64,000 bases of DNA from positions 89,652,001 to 89,716,000 of the forward strand of contig OX597814.1 in assembly GCA_951406725.2 (NCBI GenBank), given 5' to 3'. The stretch comes from Octopus vulgaris (lineage: Eukaryota). Positions within the stretch are counted from its first letter, which is position 1. Every line of letters begins with the position of its first letter. Made by a program: the position numbers and the translations under genes. The notes beneath the pieces are model-generated. The model was not told the DNA's origin. It did no database searches and worked only from the letters and a program-made list of their open reading frames with translations. This document shows, piece after piece, positions 26,660 through 40,874 of the stretch.

Positions 26660-27259
26660 CACGCATTATATATACAAATGTATACAAATTATATATATAT
26701 ATGTATATATGTATAAATTAAATTAGAGATAAAGTCACTAATAGGCAAATCAAACAGTGAAAAACCAAAAACAAAAACATAAAAATAAAAATATAATATA
26801 TAAAATATATAAAATATAAAATTGAAAAATGTAAATTACTTAAATTAAAAAAAAAAATTATATTTATAATTTGTTTAAAAATATATATAACTATCAAAAA
26901 GTATTAAAAAGTTTAATATACATAAATACAGATATATACACTTTGTATATATACATTATATATACGTATTTATATATAGAACACACACACATATATAAAT
27001 GAACGCATTGATGTAACAGAGAATTCATAAACACCCGCTCCTTTAAATTTTAATCCCCTTCCAGCCCCATTTAGACCCCTTTTCACATTTTGGTTAATAT
27101 AACCCGATTTCATTCGGGTGTACTGGGGTCACATTTTATAAGATGAGGAATTTTGTCCTAGAAGTAACGCGTTTCATTTGAGGAAAAAAATAGTTGTCAT
27201 GCACTTTTAACATAGGTCTGCATATTTTCAGCTGAACCGACCGACCATATAATGCACAC

Positions 27260-27308
<49 letters not shown>
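26332..27308. repeat. ~300 bp direct duplication (26332-26660 and 27008-27308)
   Basis: TTGATGTAACAGAGAATTC...CAGCTGAACCGACCGACCA..AATGCACACATTATATA occurs twice. Confidence 0.92.
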
Positions 27309-27461
27309 TGGAGTCTCTCTCATACGTGAGCGTTGACGCTGAATTCGACTGGTAAGCAGGTAACCTTGTCTTTGTTGAAATAGTTGTGAGCTGCTGTAGT
27401 TATTTCTCTGACGGGTAATAGGAATTTCCATATCCTCCGAGGAAACGAACTGTTGACCCAG

Positions 27462-28299
27462 ACTGTCATGCTGTTAGCTGTCAGAAGTGAAAGTACATCA
27501 ATTTCGTGTATTTACGTCAGGTTTATACCTTCGTTAATTTACGCCGTTTATTTACGTACCACCATGCTGTTAGGTTTATAAAACAATTGAAGTTCAGTTT
27601 AAAGTTTATAAATAAATACATTTAATTCCCCATTATTGTAATATTTGTCTGTTGAAATCCGTTTTAAGGCGGTCAATAGTTTAATTAAAGCTGTGTCTAG
27701 ACATGTATATATACATGTGTATACATATATATTTATACATGTGTATATATACATGTGTATACATATATATACATGTGTAATGTATACACATGTATATATA
27801 CACATGTATATATATATATAGATGTATAGACACATCTTTAATTATAAACTATTGACCGCCTTAAAGAGATTTCAAGAGAGACAAATATGTAGTACGTAAT
27901 GGATAATATAAGCATATTATACTATACACACATACAGTAAATACAGACACACGAACGCAAAACATATAGACAGACGATACACACACACACACACGAAGTG
28001 TATGATTGGTGTATGTGATCGCGGTGGTGGTGAGATCATTTGTGCAGATTTGGGCAGGTTTCTTTTTGCTCCAATATGGCAATAATGAATAATGCAAGAA
28101 TATATTTATTTATAAAGTTTAAACAGAACATGGAATGAAATGTATTTATTTATAAACTTTAAACTGTACTTCAATTGTTTTATAAACCTAACAGCGTGGT
28201 GGTACGTAAATAAACGGCGTAAATTAACGAAGGTATAGACCTGACGTAAATACACGAAGTTGACGTACTTTCACTTCTGACAGCTAATAGCATGACAGT
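27462..28299. mobile_element. Fold-back/MITE with ~162-bp TIRs and a nested inner inverted repeat
   Basis: Arms 27462-27623 and 28138-28299; inner arms 27641-27705 and 27822-27888; no TSD seen. Confidence 0.8.
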
Positions 28300-28563
28300 G
28301 CCTTAATTTTAATAAAAGCATCAATTTAAGAAAAAATAATAAAGTAGTAACAAATGAAAATTTAGCACGAAAAATTTGCAGGGTTCTAAATAAATGCTAA
28401 AATGTTAAAAGTTACGAAATGTTAAAAGATACGAAAAACCTACGTTATCACCAATTTGTTTAAAAATATATATAACTATCAAAAAGTATTAAGAAGTTTA
28501 ATATACATAAATACAGATATATACACTTTGTATATATACATTATATATACATATTTATATATC

Positions 28564-28620
<57 letters not shown>

Positions 28621-29532
28621 AATGAACGCAATGAATATCTGATTCATAATATTTGTTCTCATGATTGTGTGTTGGTGGTGGCGTGTGGCGATGATAATTC
28701 TCCCTATGAATGCAGACAGATACATCAAAGAACGCCGTCTGACGAACTTTACATTAAATAACGGGAGTGGACTTATCAAAGTTATATATATGAAGGGGAG
28801 TTAGAGGGGAATGTAGGAAATAGCGTGAGTGAGGAAGATGGCCCCTAGCAACCACACCTTTTAAGATAGGGATTTCTAAGGTAGCCCACGGGCATCGCCA
28901 CCTCATTCTACATGTCCCTGTAAATTTTAGAGTGAATCGGACGGGACGTAGTGGCATTGAAAGCGATCCAAGCGGTAAAAACGCATTTCAGTTTTATATA
29001 TAGAGATATAGACACACACACACACACATATATACAAAATACACTTTAATTGAAAAAAAGCTTCCCAAAAATTAAACATAATAATGTGTATGTTGCCCAG
29101 AACGACTTTAATAAATTTGTTGTACTGGATAGCACACACACACACACACACATATATATACACACACACACACTAACTGGTACTAATTTTCTCGAGCCCG
29201 AAAGGGCGAAAGTCAAAGTTGACATCGGCAATTCAACGCAGAACCTAACGGCAGATAAAATACTGCTAAATATGTCACCCGGCGTGTTGACGATTCTGCC
29301 AGCTCGCTGGCTTAATAAAATATGATAATATAATATAATTAATGTGAATGTCAGTATGTCAGTGCGTCACACTTTTTCAACTTTACACTTACAGGCCGTA
29401 GCCCAAAATATCATACCATTTTATATCAGGCTGACTCTATGATAAATAAAAACATTCCGACTCATTGAGGGTCAGTTGCTTAAAGGCTACCCACTAGGTT
29501 AAAAAACCGCCAAATATGGCGGCTTTATATAG

Positions 29533-29628
<96 letters not shown>

Positions 29629-29641
29629 GAGAGAGAAAGAG

Positions 29642-30527
<886 letters not shown>

Positions 30528-30590
30528 ATGTATGTATATATATAAATATATATACTCATACACATACACATATAACATGTCTTTTTTCAG

Positions 30591-30746
30591 TAGCAAATGA
30601 TAAATTGGATATTAGCCAAAGACATGGTTAATCCTATGTTATACTGTTTGTTCCTGGCAAGCCCACAAATTCCCATTCAATAGATCTGAAAGTATGTAAC
30701 ATAATGAGATATATGTTCACCAATGTAATCACTGGAACCCCTGCAG
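30591..30746 (+). pseudogene. Candidate exon (phase 1/1), ILEI/PANDER-like peptide with one in-frame TAA
   Basis: CTTTTTTCAG acceptor, CAG|GTATGT donor, 156 nt; reads [50 protein letters not shown](G). Confidence 0.45.
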
Positions 30747-31485
30747 GTATGTGTAATTGTTCTGATGTGTTTCAGTGCTGAATACAACTTATTCTGCGGA
30801 TGTGGTTAGTGAAATATTCTATAATATTTGTTACGCAAGTGTAATATGTGCAACATCTTCCTATCTTTAAAAGTATAGAATACGTTTTGTGTATATCGAA
30901 ATCTTTTACCTAAAACTACACTGTCAGCAGCGAGTCATAATTTCTAATTTCAACTTGATAGGTCTAAATTTCTGGAATAATCGAAACTGTATCGAATATC
31001 AATTCATAGTGCAAATATTGTACTGAGAGTCGAATCGCAATATAATGTGTTCCTGCCATTCAGTGCTAAATCATGATATAAACGAATACGAAATGAATAC
31101 GATAAAGATAAGTAACGTAGATATACACGTAGATTTTACCTTTCCCGAAATATATTGGTAATTTTGAATCCCCATTAATTATTTATTTCCTTACGCTGTA
31201 GAACACCAGCAGCATTGATAGGAATTATAGCTTTCCCTGCACCTGTAATAGATACATCATATCTCGCCTAGAAGTCTACGCCTTTGCTACCCAGGAACAG
31301 TTGATAGCTTCTAAAAATCTGATAATCAAGAGAGATGAAAATGCCTCTAAGCTTCAGCATCGTGATGAAGATATCATTCATATCAGCTTTCAAAAAAAAA
31401 TGCTGAAAAGGATGTAATATACTACCTTCAAATGAGACATTATTTTATAGTTAAAACTAACTATAATGCTGTAATGTTATTACAG

Positions 31486-31595
31486 GAAGGATTGTCCTGA
31501 TGTCCATACGTACGGAAAGCGCACTGGAACCAGGATACAGTCACGTCTCTAAAATAATGAATCCTGGTGGAACATTCAGACTTCAGTATTATCAG
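31486..31595 (+). pseudogene. Candidate next exon, ILEI/PANDER-like
   Basis: ACTAAC branch point, TTATTACAG acceptor, CAG|GTGTGA donor; open in the phase left by the previous exon: (G)RIVLMSIRTESALEPGYSHVSKIMNPGGTFRLQYYQ. Confidence 0.45.
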
Positions 31596-32335
31596 GTGTG
31601 AACACAATAAGCCAAATATTGTTCTATGGGACAGCAAACAAAAATCTTGAAATAAAACTGAACATACGTACATACATACATGCATACATACATACATGCA
31701 TACATACATATGTAAATACGTATGTATTTATCTTTTACTACTTTCAGCTCGACAACTGCGGTTATGCTGAGGCATTACCATTCGTATTTATGTTGGTATA
31801 TTTGGTTTTGTCTGGTTTTACTGTTTGAATATCTTACCAATGAAGAAAGAGTCGGTTTCTAACCCAGACATTTCGTCAACAACACGATAATCATGCATGT
31901 ATGTATGTAATATGTATCCGTGTATATGTGCATGTATGTACTTTTGAATATATAGAATTTAGCATGCTTATATATGTTTTGACATAAGTAAGTGTACGCA
32001 TATATATGTTCGGATGCTAACCTCTGAAATGTATATGTGTGAATGAAATAAATAGATAGTCGCTTGGACAGTCAGATAGATGGAGATCGTCTAATAATTG
32101 CTTTGATAATGGCCATTGAATGATGTTGTTTACAACTCCACCACATTACATATGTAAGTCACTGACACATTTGTAGACAGAGACAAAGTTGGTTTTGATA
32201 AATCTGTGATTCATTTTATCTCGAAGAGTTGTAATTATTCTTCACTGTTTTGCTTTTTCCATAATTCTTTTGAAGAAAGAATTGTTTTCAAATCTTGTTC
32301 TAACTTTCACCCAAAACATTATATATATATATATT

Positions 32336-32391
<56 letters not shown>

Positions 32392-32936
32392 TTAATGGGC
32401 ATGCTTATTAGTTAGTTATTGGCACGTAATAAAATTCGTGGTATTTATATTGAAAAAAGTAATTCGATGAAATATCTACAACAAAGAAACGAGTAAAGAA
32501 ATACACATACGTAAGCACAGACACATACAGATGTACGTATACAAATTAAATATTTGATAGCTTGTATCACACACTCTTAAACATACAATCGCACAATGAA
32601 AATACTTACATAATTAAATGTATATGTATAGTTGTGAAAATCAGTGTGCTATAGAAGATAATAGCAATGCAGGTAGAACATTAAAAATATAAAATAGCAA
32701 AACGAGGATATTGTGTTAATAGTTCATTAGTTCTAAGATTTCGAGTAAAAATTTCCTATTCTAAACGGTTAAACAGACATACATTACGTTCCCCATTTTT
32801 TTGACCTTTCGAATACTTCTGTAAATACATATATACATAGACATTTGCGTACACGCGCACACACACTCACACACGCGCGCACACACATATGCACATAATT
32901 ATGCCCATGCATGTGTGTATCTACCATTATATTATT

Positions 32937-33180
32937 CTGTCGGATGTTTTTATACACCACTGGTCATAATGCACTTCCTTGATTTGATGCACCTTACGAA
33001 GGATGTCAGGCTGCTGGCTAGGCAGGAAGACAAGTCAACATTGCCCCAGGACAGAACGCCAGTCTGTCTTAGGGTTATCCATTTTTCAGTGGACTGGAAC
33101 AATGTGAAAGGAAGTGTTTTGCTCAAGAACACAACGCACCACTGATATTGAAATCCTAATCAATACGCCACACGTCTTCA
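32937..33180 (-). mobile_element. SINE family A variant, diverged
   Basis: Reverse strand GTTGTGTTCTTGAGCAAAACACTT...TTCCAGTCCACT core. Confidence 0.7.
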
Positions 33181-33299
33181 CACACACACACATATGAATT
33201 TATATGTATATGAATATGAATATAAATATACTATTCTACGTTAGGTTACTTATTTTGGATAGTTCTAAAAAGTATTGGTATATCTGATAAAATGTTATA

Positions 33300-34280
33300 T
33301 ATCATCATGTAGAAATGAAAGCATGTATTTTATCATACGATCAGTTTACAGATCCTTTGACGTTTCAAACTACACAAAATAGGGTTATGTCATGACTCCA
33401 GATTTTTTGCACGTTTTTGTTGCGTTATGCTGTTCCAACTATACATATGGTGTTGTCAATTCCTGTGTACAAGCCCAATTGGTGCTCTCTTCAATCACCC
33501 ATTGTTTTCAAAAGGTCAAAGCACTTGTGCGAATGGCAAAGATATGTGACTGCTTGTTTGCTGATAATGTTGCATTTGTTGCAACATCTATCAAAGAAGC
33601 ACAGATGGTTGTTGATTTTTTTCTTTGGTGCGAGTAAACTTGAAGAATCATCATCAGCAGTAAAATGGCCGAATTCGTCCACCAGCTAAATCTCATCCGT
33701 AAGCAAATCAGAAGTAAAAAGCAATAAGCAGTTCATCAGTTCATCATCTACGATAACAAAAACCTGATATATGTAAAGACCTTCACCCATCTGATGAGTA
33801 GAATGAACTCAATTGTGTTTCTTGATAATGAAACAGTCGACTGTAAAGCCAAATCTTTCGGTAAACATCATCATCGTCTGTCGGTTGAATGGAAAACCTC
33901 ATTAAACCTAAAAACTAATGTGTAATAAGTTGTAGTCCTTTTTCTTCTCCTGTACAGATGAGAATCTTGATCTCATAAAAAGTTTGATGTTTTTCATAAG
34001 TGATGTCTTCGGGTCATTTGCATATACCGACATATTCTATAAATGTAAAATTGGTGTAGTGAATTCTCTATTTTGCGATCCCAATTAAGATGCATTAGTG
34101 ATGTCATCAGATAAAAGGCGAAACGCAAGAAGTCCTGACTGAAATCAAGAATAAGCTCAAAGCTAACCTAGAAATGACAAAGATTCCTTCAGAAACATTT
34201 GATAAAAACTGCACAAACTCAAAATGAATAGAGATTAATTTTCGATAAAGACGTGGACAAAAAAATCAAAATGATCATGT
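33300..34280 (+). mobile_element. Highly decayed RTE-like LINE RT fragment
   Basis: ICDCLFADNVAFVATSIKEAQMVVDFF (RTE LLFADDxAL motif), with downstream YVKTFTHL-like and KTNV..VVVL..LLY..ES-like traces. Confidence 0.65.
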
Positions 34281-34299
34281 TGCACAACTGGACTGTGGT

Positions 34300-34700
34300 T
34301 ATAGCACATTACATAAGAGCGTGGAAGTCTTTGGGTATTGGAAAGTATCTGGAAAGTGTGTTCCTCGGTAGCTGAAGAAGCGAAAGCTTGAAGTCTGATC
34401 TGATTTACCGGAATAGTTTGAAGCTAATGAAGACAGGTAGCTGCTTGAGCTGGTGACAATGAATGAACTTGGGTGTATCTTTTTTGTCTGGAAACGAAAG
34501 CTCAGTACACGGAATGACCACGCTTCTTCTCCAAGGCAAAAGAAATTTAAAAGCTAGGAATCAGTACAGAAAGTCAGAGTTACTGTTTTAGGGATGGCAA
34601 ATGCATTATTCGCTGCAATATGACTGTACAATGGATAGCAAACAGTACATTGACATACTCAAAATATTTAAAGTAGCCGTTTGAAGGAAGAGACACAACC
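34300..34700 (+). pseudogene. Mariner transposase relic
   Basis: LGYWKVSGKCVPR (WVPxxL motif), LVTMNE (IVTGDE), ETKAQYTE, SPRQKKFKA..SVQKVRVTV; frameshifted. Confidence 0.75.
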
Positions 34701-35107
34701 AAAACTAAACCCTGTTTCTTTGAGTTGCAAAATTGCAGAATTTACTTTCATCAGACAATATTTGCGACTACCAAAACTCATTTTCCTTGTTGTAGTATAT
34801 GTATATTTTAGACCAGTTGAACTCATTTTAACCCATCAACTACATACTAGCAATTTTTTGTTACGAACTAAGGTTTTTCCTTATGCAGTGCGGAGACATA
34901 TTTATAGGATTAGCAAGTTCTCTAATAGTAGCATTTTGAGATTTAATGACCAACAACTTACCTGCCCTTTTTGCTCTCTCAGAAAATTCCTGCGACCTTC
35001 AAGATCTCTCCCTCAAGCAAATCCAGTTTATGGTTATATGTTGCGGTATATTTAACCCCATCGGTACAATATATTCTTTTCCAGTCTGAAAATGTGTAGT
35101 TAATTCA

Positions 35108-35191
<84 letters not shown>

Positions 35192-35193
<2 letters not shown>

Positions 35194-35606
35194 ATTTCTT
35201 TATTGCCTACAAGGGGCAAAACATAGAAGGGACAAACAAGGACAGACAAAGGGATTAAGTCAATTATATCGACCCCAGTGCGTAACTGCTACTTAATTTA
35301 TCGACCCCGAAAGGATGAAAGGCAAAGTCAAACTCGGCGGAATTTGAACTCAGAACGTAGCGGCAGACGAAATACTTGTTTCTTTATTACCCACAAGGGG
35401 CTAAACATAGAGGGGACAAACAAGGACAGACACACGGATTAAGTCGATTACATCGACCCCAGTGCGTAACTGGTACTTATTTAATCGACCCCGAAAAGAT
35501 GAAAGCAAAGTCGACCTCGGCGGAATTTGAACTCAGAACGTAACGGCAGACGAAATAAGGCTACACATTTCGCCCGGCATGCTAACGTTTCTGCCAGCTC
35601 GCCGCC

Positions 35607-35607
<1 letters not shown>
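35192..35607 (-). mobile_element. SINE family C with tandemly duplicated ~185-bp body, inserted in (CTAT)n
   Basis: Two units (35192-35375 and 35376-35556) plus one head; (CTAT)n on both sides. Confidence 0.9.
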
Positions 35608-35698
<91 letters not shown>

Positions 35699-36399
35699 TT
35701 GTCTGTCTGTCTATATGTTTGTATGTCCGTCGTCCCTCTGTTTGCTCGTCTAAATGTCTGTTTATATGTTGTCTGTCCGCCCGTCCGCCCGTCTGTCTGT
35801 TACAGGTACACACACAGATACACATATCTGTATACAATCATACATAAGCACACACATATTTACATAGGCATGTTTGTGTACTCTGTGTTTGTGCGCGTGC
35901 ATGTGCGTGCTTATGTATGGTGTGCTTACTTTACTTATACGTATATTATATGTACATACATAAATTTATGACTTGTTATATAACATTTATATACACGCAG
36001 ACATCTATTTGTATCTTTATAGGTATTTTTTTATCATAGATAAAATAATTCGTTGAATTGTTTTTGTTCAAAATATCACGAAGTTTAGCACATATCAACA
36101 ACAACATAAAGAACATGACCATTAAATTATATGATTATCTCTAGAAATGTACACAATGGTTTTGATAGAAGTGAGAACAAAATTACAAGATATTTCCTTC
36201 TTCAAAGGAAATTTGAAAAAACATACTAAACAAAACAATGACTTATAATTACATATTTCGAGATAAAATAAATACCAGATTTATCAAAGCCAGCTTTGTA
36301 TATCTACGAATACGTCGGTGTCTTAGATATGTAAGACGGATTGAAAATCTACTTCTAACTGTCCAACTAATTATCTTATCTTAAATACATATGCAAATA

Positions 36400-36810
36400 T
36401 CTCTACTATAGGCACAAGGTCTGAAATTTTGGGGATTTCTATTACATCGACCTCAATGCTGAAATGGTACTTATTTTATCGACCACAAAAAATAAAAGGT
36501 AAAGTCAATTTTGAGAGAATTTGAATTCAAAACGTAAAAAGCCAGACGAAGTACCGCCAAGCACTTTGCCTGGTGTCGTAATGATTCTGTCAGCTCGTCG
36601 CTCGATAAATACATATATATTACTTTCTATATATTAATTTTGGGGAAGTGTTAGTCTATTACTCGGCAGCAGTGCTTCCCTGGTACTTGTTTTATCGACT
36701 TCGAAGGACGAAGTGCAAAGTAGACCGCGAAGCGATTTGAACACAAAGCGTAAAATCGGAAGAAATGCTGTTGAGCATTTTGTTCGATGCGCAAACAATC
36801 CTGCCTGCGT
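36400..36810 (-). mobile_element. Two adjacent diverged family C SINEs
   Basis: GGTACTTATTTTATCGAC and GATTCTGTCAGCTCG motifs at 36400-36602; a second weaker copy at 36636-36810. Confidence 0.7.
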
Positions 36811-37439
36811 GTTACTCTGTAAATACATATGCATAAATAAAATACATGTTCACACACACATACACAAACTGAGACCCTCACACACACACACACTAACACA
36901 CATAGTTTATGATATACAAGTGAAGCAATATGTTCCACAATCTAGGTCACTGGAATGTTGGATCGTTCTTTATAGTCGAATTTGTCTTCATGAGGAAAGT
37001 CAGAAACTATGTTACTCCTTCTAATATTTTAAGATTCTTAGAAAAACTAACAGTATTATTTAGCCCCAAGCAGTGCAGTTATTTAAAAAAAAATTACTGA
37101 TTAGAAAAATAATTCATTTAGATTAATTTTGTAATTTAGCATCGTATTTTGAAAAGGCATTTTTTTTAGTGAAAAAATGAAAAAAAAAATGCTTGAGTAA
37201 AATTATATTACAATTATTTGTATTCTTGCCCGTTTTTAAACAAGCTCCACTTGAGCTTTTATCCGGATGACTTTGATGGAATAATTCTGAGTTAATCAAC
37301 TTGCTTAGAACAATTGAAAATTGCCTGTATCTCCTTAAAACACATTTCCCCCCAAATATAGTGCATTTCAGTAACTGGATACATACATACATAATGCATG
37401 CATATACATATACATACACACACACAGATATATATTGAT

Positions 37440-37573
37440 AGAAATGGTAAGACAACAAAATAATGAAAGAGACCTCGATATTATGTAAATAGAGGAATTT
37501 ATTTGTAAATATAATATGTGACAGTTATTCGGTAGCCATGATAAAACTCCGAGTTTCGGATGTCGGGGCGGAA
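37440..37573 (-). mobile_element. PLE pseudo-LTR 3' piece with half HHR, fused to a family R element
   Basis: Minus strand ...CATCC-GAAA-CTC(G)GAG-TT, the same stem III layout as the HHR at 9925-9958. Confidence 0.5.
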
Positions 37574-38280
37574 ATACAAACAATGGGACCAGAACGCAAA
37601 CATCTAGACAGCTAGATGATGCAAAAAGGGACAGCAAAACATCCAGACAGATGATACAAAAGAGGGACAAGAAAAAACACGGACGGGTCATTCGAAGTTT
37701 TCTTTCTTCAGTCGAGTTCCAGATTATCTTTGCAATGTCAGCTGGTTATACTCGAGATTGCTCCAATCTGGCCAGCCTCAAGGAAAAACTAAGTTAAGAG
37801 CATTAGAGTCTTCAGAAGAAAGCAGCGAATGTATACGAAAACAAGGACGGAAAAAAACGGATAAATGGTACACAAATACAAATGCAAATAACAGGACATA
37901 ACAACAGGTGTCTTTCGACTAAGGACTAATTACATTAAGCTGGTGTGTGGGAAAATGAAATCTTACGGCAGGGACATAAGGGATTACAGGCATGGAGAGG
38001 AATATAGATGTTACACGGATGGTAGTCGAACCAAAAAAGAAAGGTCAGGCTTGGCCGAACACCGGTCACGTGGGGAGAAAGAAGAGAGGTAGAGGCAGAG
38101 GGACAGAAGAATTAGGGAGGGACGAGAAAAAAGGAGAGAGTGAAGTGAAAGAGGAGGAAAGGTGAGAATGAAGAGAAAGCCAGAAAATGTTAGAGAGGGG
38201 GAATAAAAGAAGTGGAAAAGTGGAAAGAATGAAGTGTGAAGAGGCTGATAGAAAAAAGAATTAAAGAATAATAGAGTCGT

Positions 38281-38339
<59 letters not shown>

Positions 38340-38564
38340 TTACATATAAGAGACCAAAGTGTACGTACGCCGCCATATGTATATAAAAAGGATTACAAAA
38401 TTATATAAAAAGGAACGCAAAACATCCAGACAAATGATACAAAACACGGTCGGGTTATTCGAAGTTTTAGATTATCTTTGCAATTTCGGTTGGTTATACT
38501 CGAGATTGCTCCAATCTGGCCAGTCTCAAGGAAAAACTAAGCTAAGAGCATTAGATTCCTTGGA

Positions 38565-38565
<1 letters not shown>
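37572..38565 (-). mobile_element. Family R element, about 1.3 tandem units
   Basis: 37590-37810 is repeated at 38410-38565 (AGATTATCTTTGCAAT...CTCGAGATTGCTCCAATCTGGCCAG...AAGAGCATTAGA). Confidence 0.82.
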
Positions 38566-38617
<52 letters not shown>

Positions 38618-38869
38618 GTCATCCCATAATTTCTGTCCGAATTTTGAATAAAGAAAACAAGTGATCAAATGTTATATCATAGAAAAAGGGGACAACACAG
38701 GACGTTACAAGCAAAAAGTACTTTTATGAATTCATGTTAGAATTATTTTTCTAAATTTGATGATTTTTAAGTTAAAAATTTAACACATCTTACAAATTTA
38801 CTTTTATATTTTAAAAATGTTAAGTTTTACAGCTTTTACACTTGGTCACGGAGCCCAACGACTACAACA

Positions 38870-40735
38870 TGCTTTTTTTTTTTTTTACCAAGAATGAGAT
38901 TAAGTAGGATCATTCACACCCAACTTCTTTGCTACATCCTTCCATCTTTTCCCGAATATACTTCATGACAGTTGTCTCCTCTCCAGCCCTATCTTGCTCT
39001 TCAGATAATATCTGAAGTAATGTAGCCACCCAGGGCCTGAGATAAAAGTCCCCGTCGCTAATTCTCCATACACACTTTTTCAACACTGCGACTGTACATA
39101 AAAAAATGCATCACCTTCCTTTGATAGTCCGGGTGGCGGTACAATCTTGATCATGAACTCAGCGGATAGCTGTACTCTTCCTACATGCGACAACACGTGT
39201 TCTACGTAAATTATCCAGCCCGAAAGCTCCGGGCATTGTGCAAGAGCGTGCAGAAAGGTTTCACCGTCCTGCCCGCACCTTGGGCATGCCGGTGGCACAG
39301 ACATTCCATGTCTAGACAATTTGTCGCGAACAGGTAACGCGCTCCTATAGCACTGCCAGGTCAGGGATTTCTGGTAGTTATCCAAGCACACCGGCCTGAA
39401 ATTTCTGTAAAACTGGTTGGCTAGCTGGCTCTCATCGAGCCCCAGAGTTTCTCTTAGGACTTTATCGCTCTTAAACTCTACCAGCCCTCTATAAAATACC
39501 GAGGTGGATTAGCACGAGTGCCTGTCGGCACTCGTTTTGCCATTCAGTCGTATTACGAAACAGAAGTCGTGCCAACTTGCATAGCCACGAATCAGAGCAA
39601 GGGACAACGGTCAGACGCTAGGTGATAATAGATGCAATAAACACCCTCATCTCTTCCGCCTTCCCTTTCAGGAATAGTGCCCTTTCAGACCAGGTCCGGA
39701 TTAGGGCCTCCACCCTGTCTGCCACCTCACTCCAATTCTTCTCCGTCTGGGAATCTGCTCGGAAGCAGACTCCAAGCAACTTAACAGGACCATCCGTCCA
39801 GTGCCTCACGACACTGGACGTTATCGTCTTGCCACTGCAGCTGCCGAGCTACACGCCGATAGACTTGTCATTGTTAATTTTTGCCCCTGCCACCACCTCG
39901 TATCCTTTGATTGCATCCTTTACTCAAGGTTGCTGAGATTCATCGGACACGGTGATGGTGACATCATCCGCATATGCAGAAACAGACGTACCACATCCGA
40001 TTTCATTGGGGATGCCACCCAAACTCGCCAACCTCCGCAGCAATGGCTCAAGAGCCAGTACATACAGAAGCGGAGATAGCGGGCACCCTTGACGAACCAA
40101 GCGCTTGATTCCAAGCGGCACCGTTTATCTGGACTGTGTATTTGATGCCGCGATAAATGGCAGTGATCCAACCACGGAAGTCCGGGCCTAGCCCAGCCGC
40201 CTCGAAGACTACCGCCAGGTACTGCTGGTCTACCCTATCAAAAGCTTTACTTTGGTCTAAATAGACCAGTACCCCACCTTCACCGGATAATTTACCAACA
40301 CTGTCAAAGGTGTAGCGCAAGAGATGGAGATTGTCCTGAATTGAGCTGGCTTCATGTTTGGCTAGGAGAGGACGGAAAAAACTGCTTTCGTCACCATCAC
40401 TCTGGATGCAGAGCCAGATTCTATGGCCTCATTTAATTCCTTAATTAGGCTCCCTTCTATTCTAGTCTTCTCTAGACTTAGCTGTTTATTAAATCTAATA
40501 GACTCAGAGCGAATGGCTCGCTTGAGGGTACACCACCACCTATTATTAATGATGGCGCCGGTTAATGCCTTCTGCACTAACACCTTAACCCGGGCACGGG
40601 AGGTTTTACAAACCAAAATAAACTTGTTCATCTTCTAGTACCATGGTCCCTTCCTATGACGCTTATCCAGGTACACCTCACACATCACAAACTTGTGATC
40701 CGTGTAAGGGACACAACAAACGTAAGGAGGAGTAA
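38870..40735 (-). mobile_element. Tx1/L1-clade LINE ORF2 relic with internal deletions
   Basis: YTDHKFV..GPWY*KMN (end of APE), LDQSKAFDRVD, VRQGCPLSPLLYVLALEPLL, AYADDVT, VKLLGV, C-terminal LPVRDKL..CPRC..ET..HAL..CP knuckle. Confidence 0.92.
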
Positions 40736-40874
40736 GTCAATTTCATCAACCCTTCTACTTAATTGGTACTTATTTGATCGACCACGGCGAAATTTGAACT
40801 CAGGCCCTAAGGACGGACGGAATGTTGCTAAGCATTTTGCACGGCGCTCTAACGATTCTGCCAGCTCGCTGCCT
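40736..40874 (-). mobile_element. SINE family C, deleted
   Basis: Reverse strand GGCAGCGAGCTGGCAGAATCGTTAG...TGAGTTCAAATT. Confidence 0.8.

Larger units (their letters stand above)
25421..29006 (-). mobile_element. Putative composite non-autonomous Helitron
   Basis: Minus-strand 3' end: hairpin ACCCACGC-GTAGA-GCGGGT followed by CTAG|T at 25421. Candidate 5' end A|TCTCTATATATAAAACTG at 29006. Internal duplications, no TSD. Pairing of the two ends is inferred. Confidence 0.45.

Noticed and set aside
29395-29497. Possible upstream exon for the ILEI-like pair (good acceptor, AG|GTTAAA donor)
   Set aside because: Stops in the plausible frame and an end phase incompatible with the exon at 30591.
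38614-38670. Mariner-like end TA|TCAGGTCATCCCATAA
   Set aside because: No partner TIR or transposase sequence nearby; too little to call.
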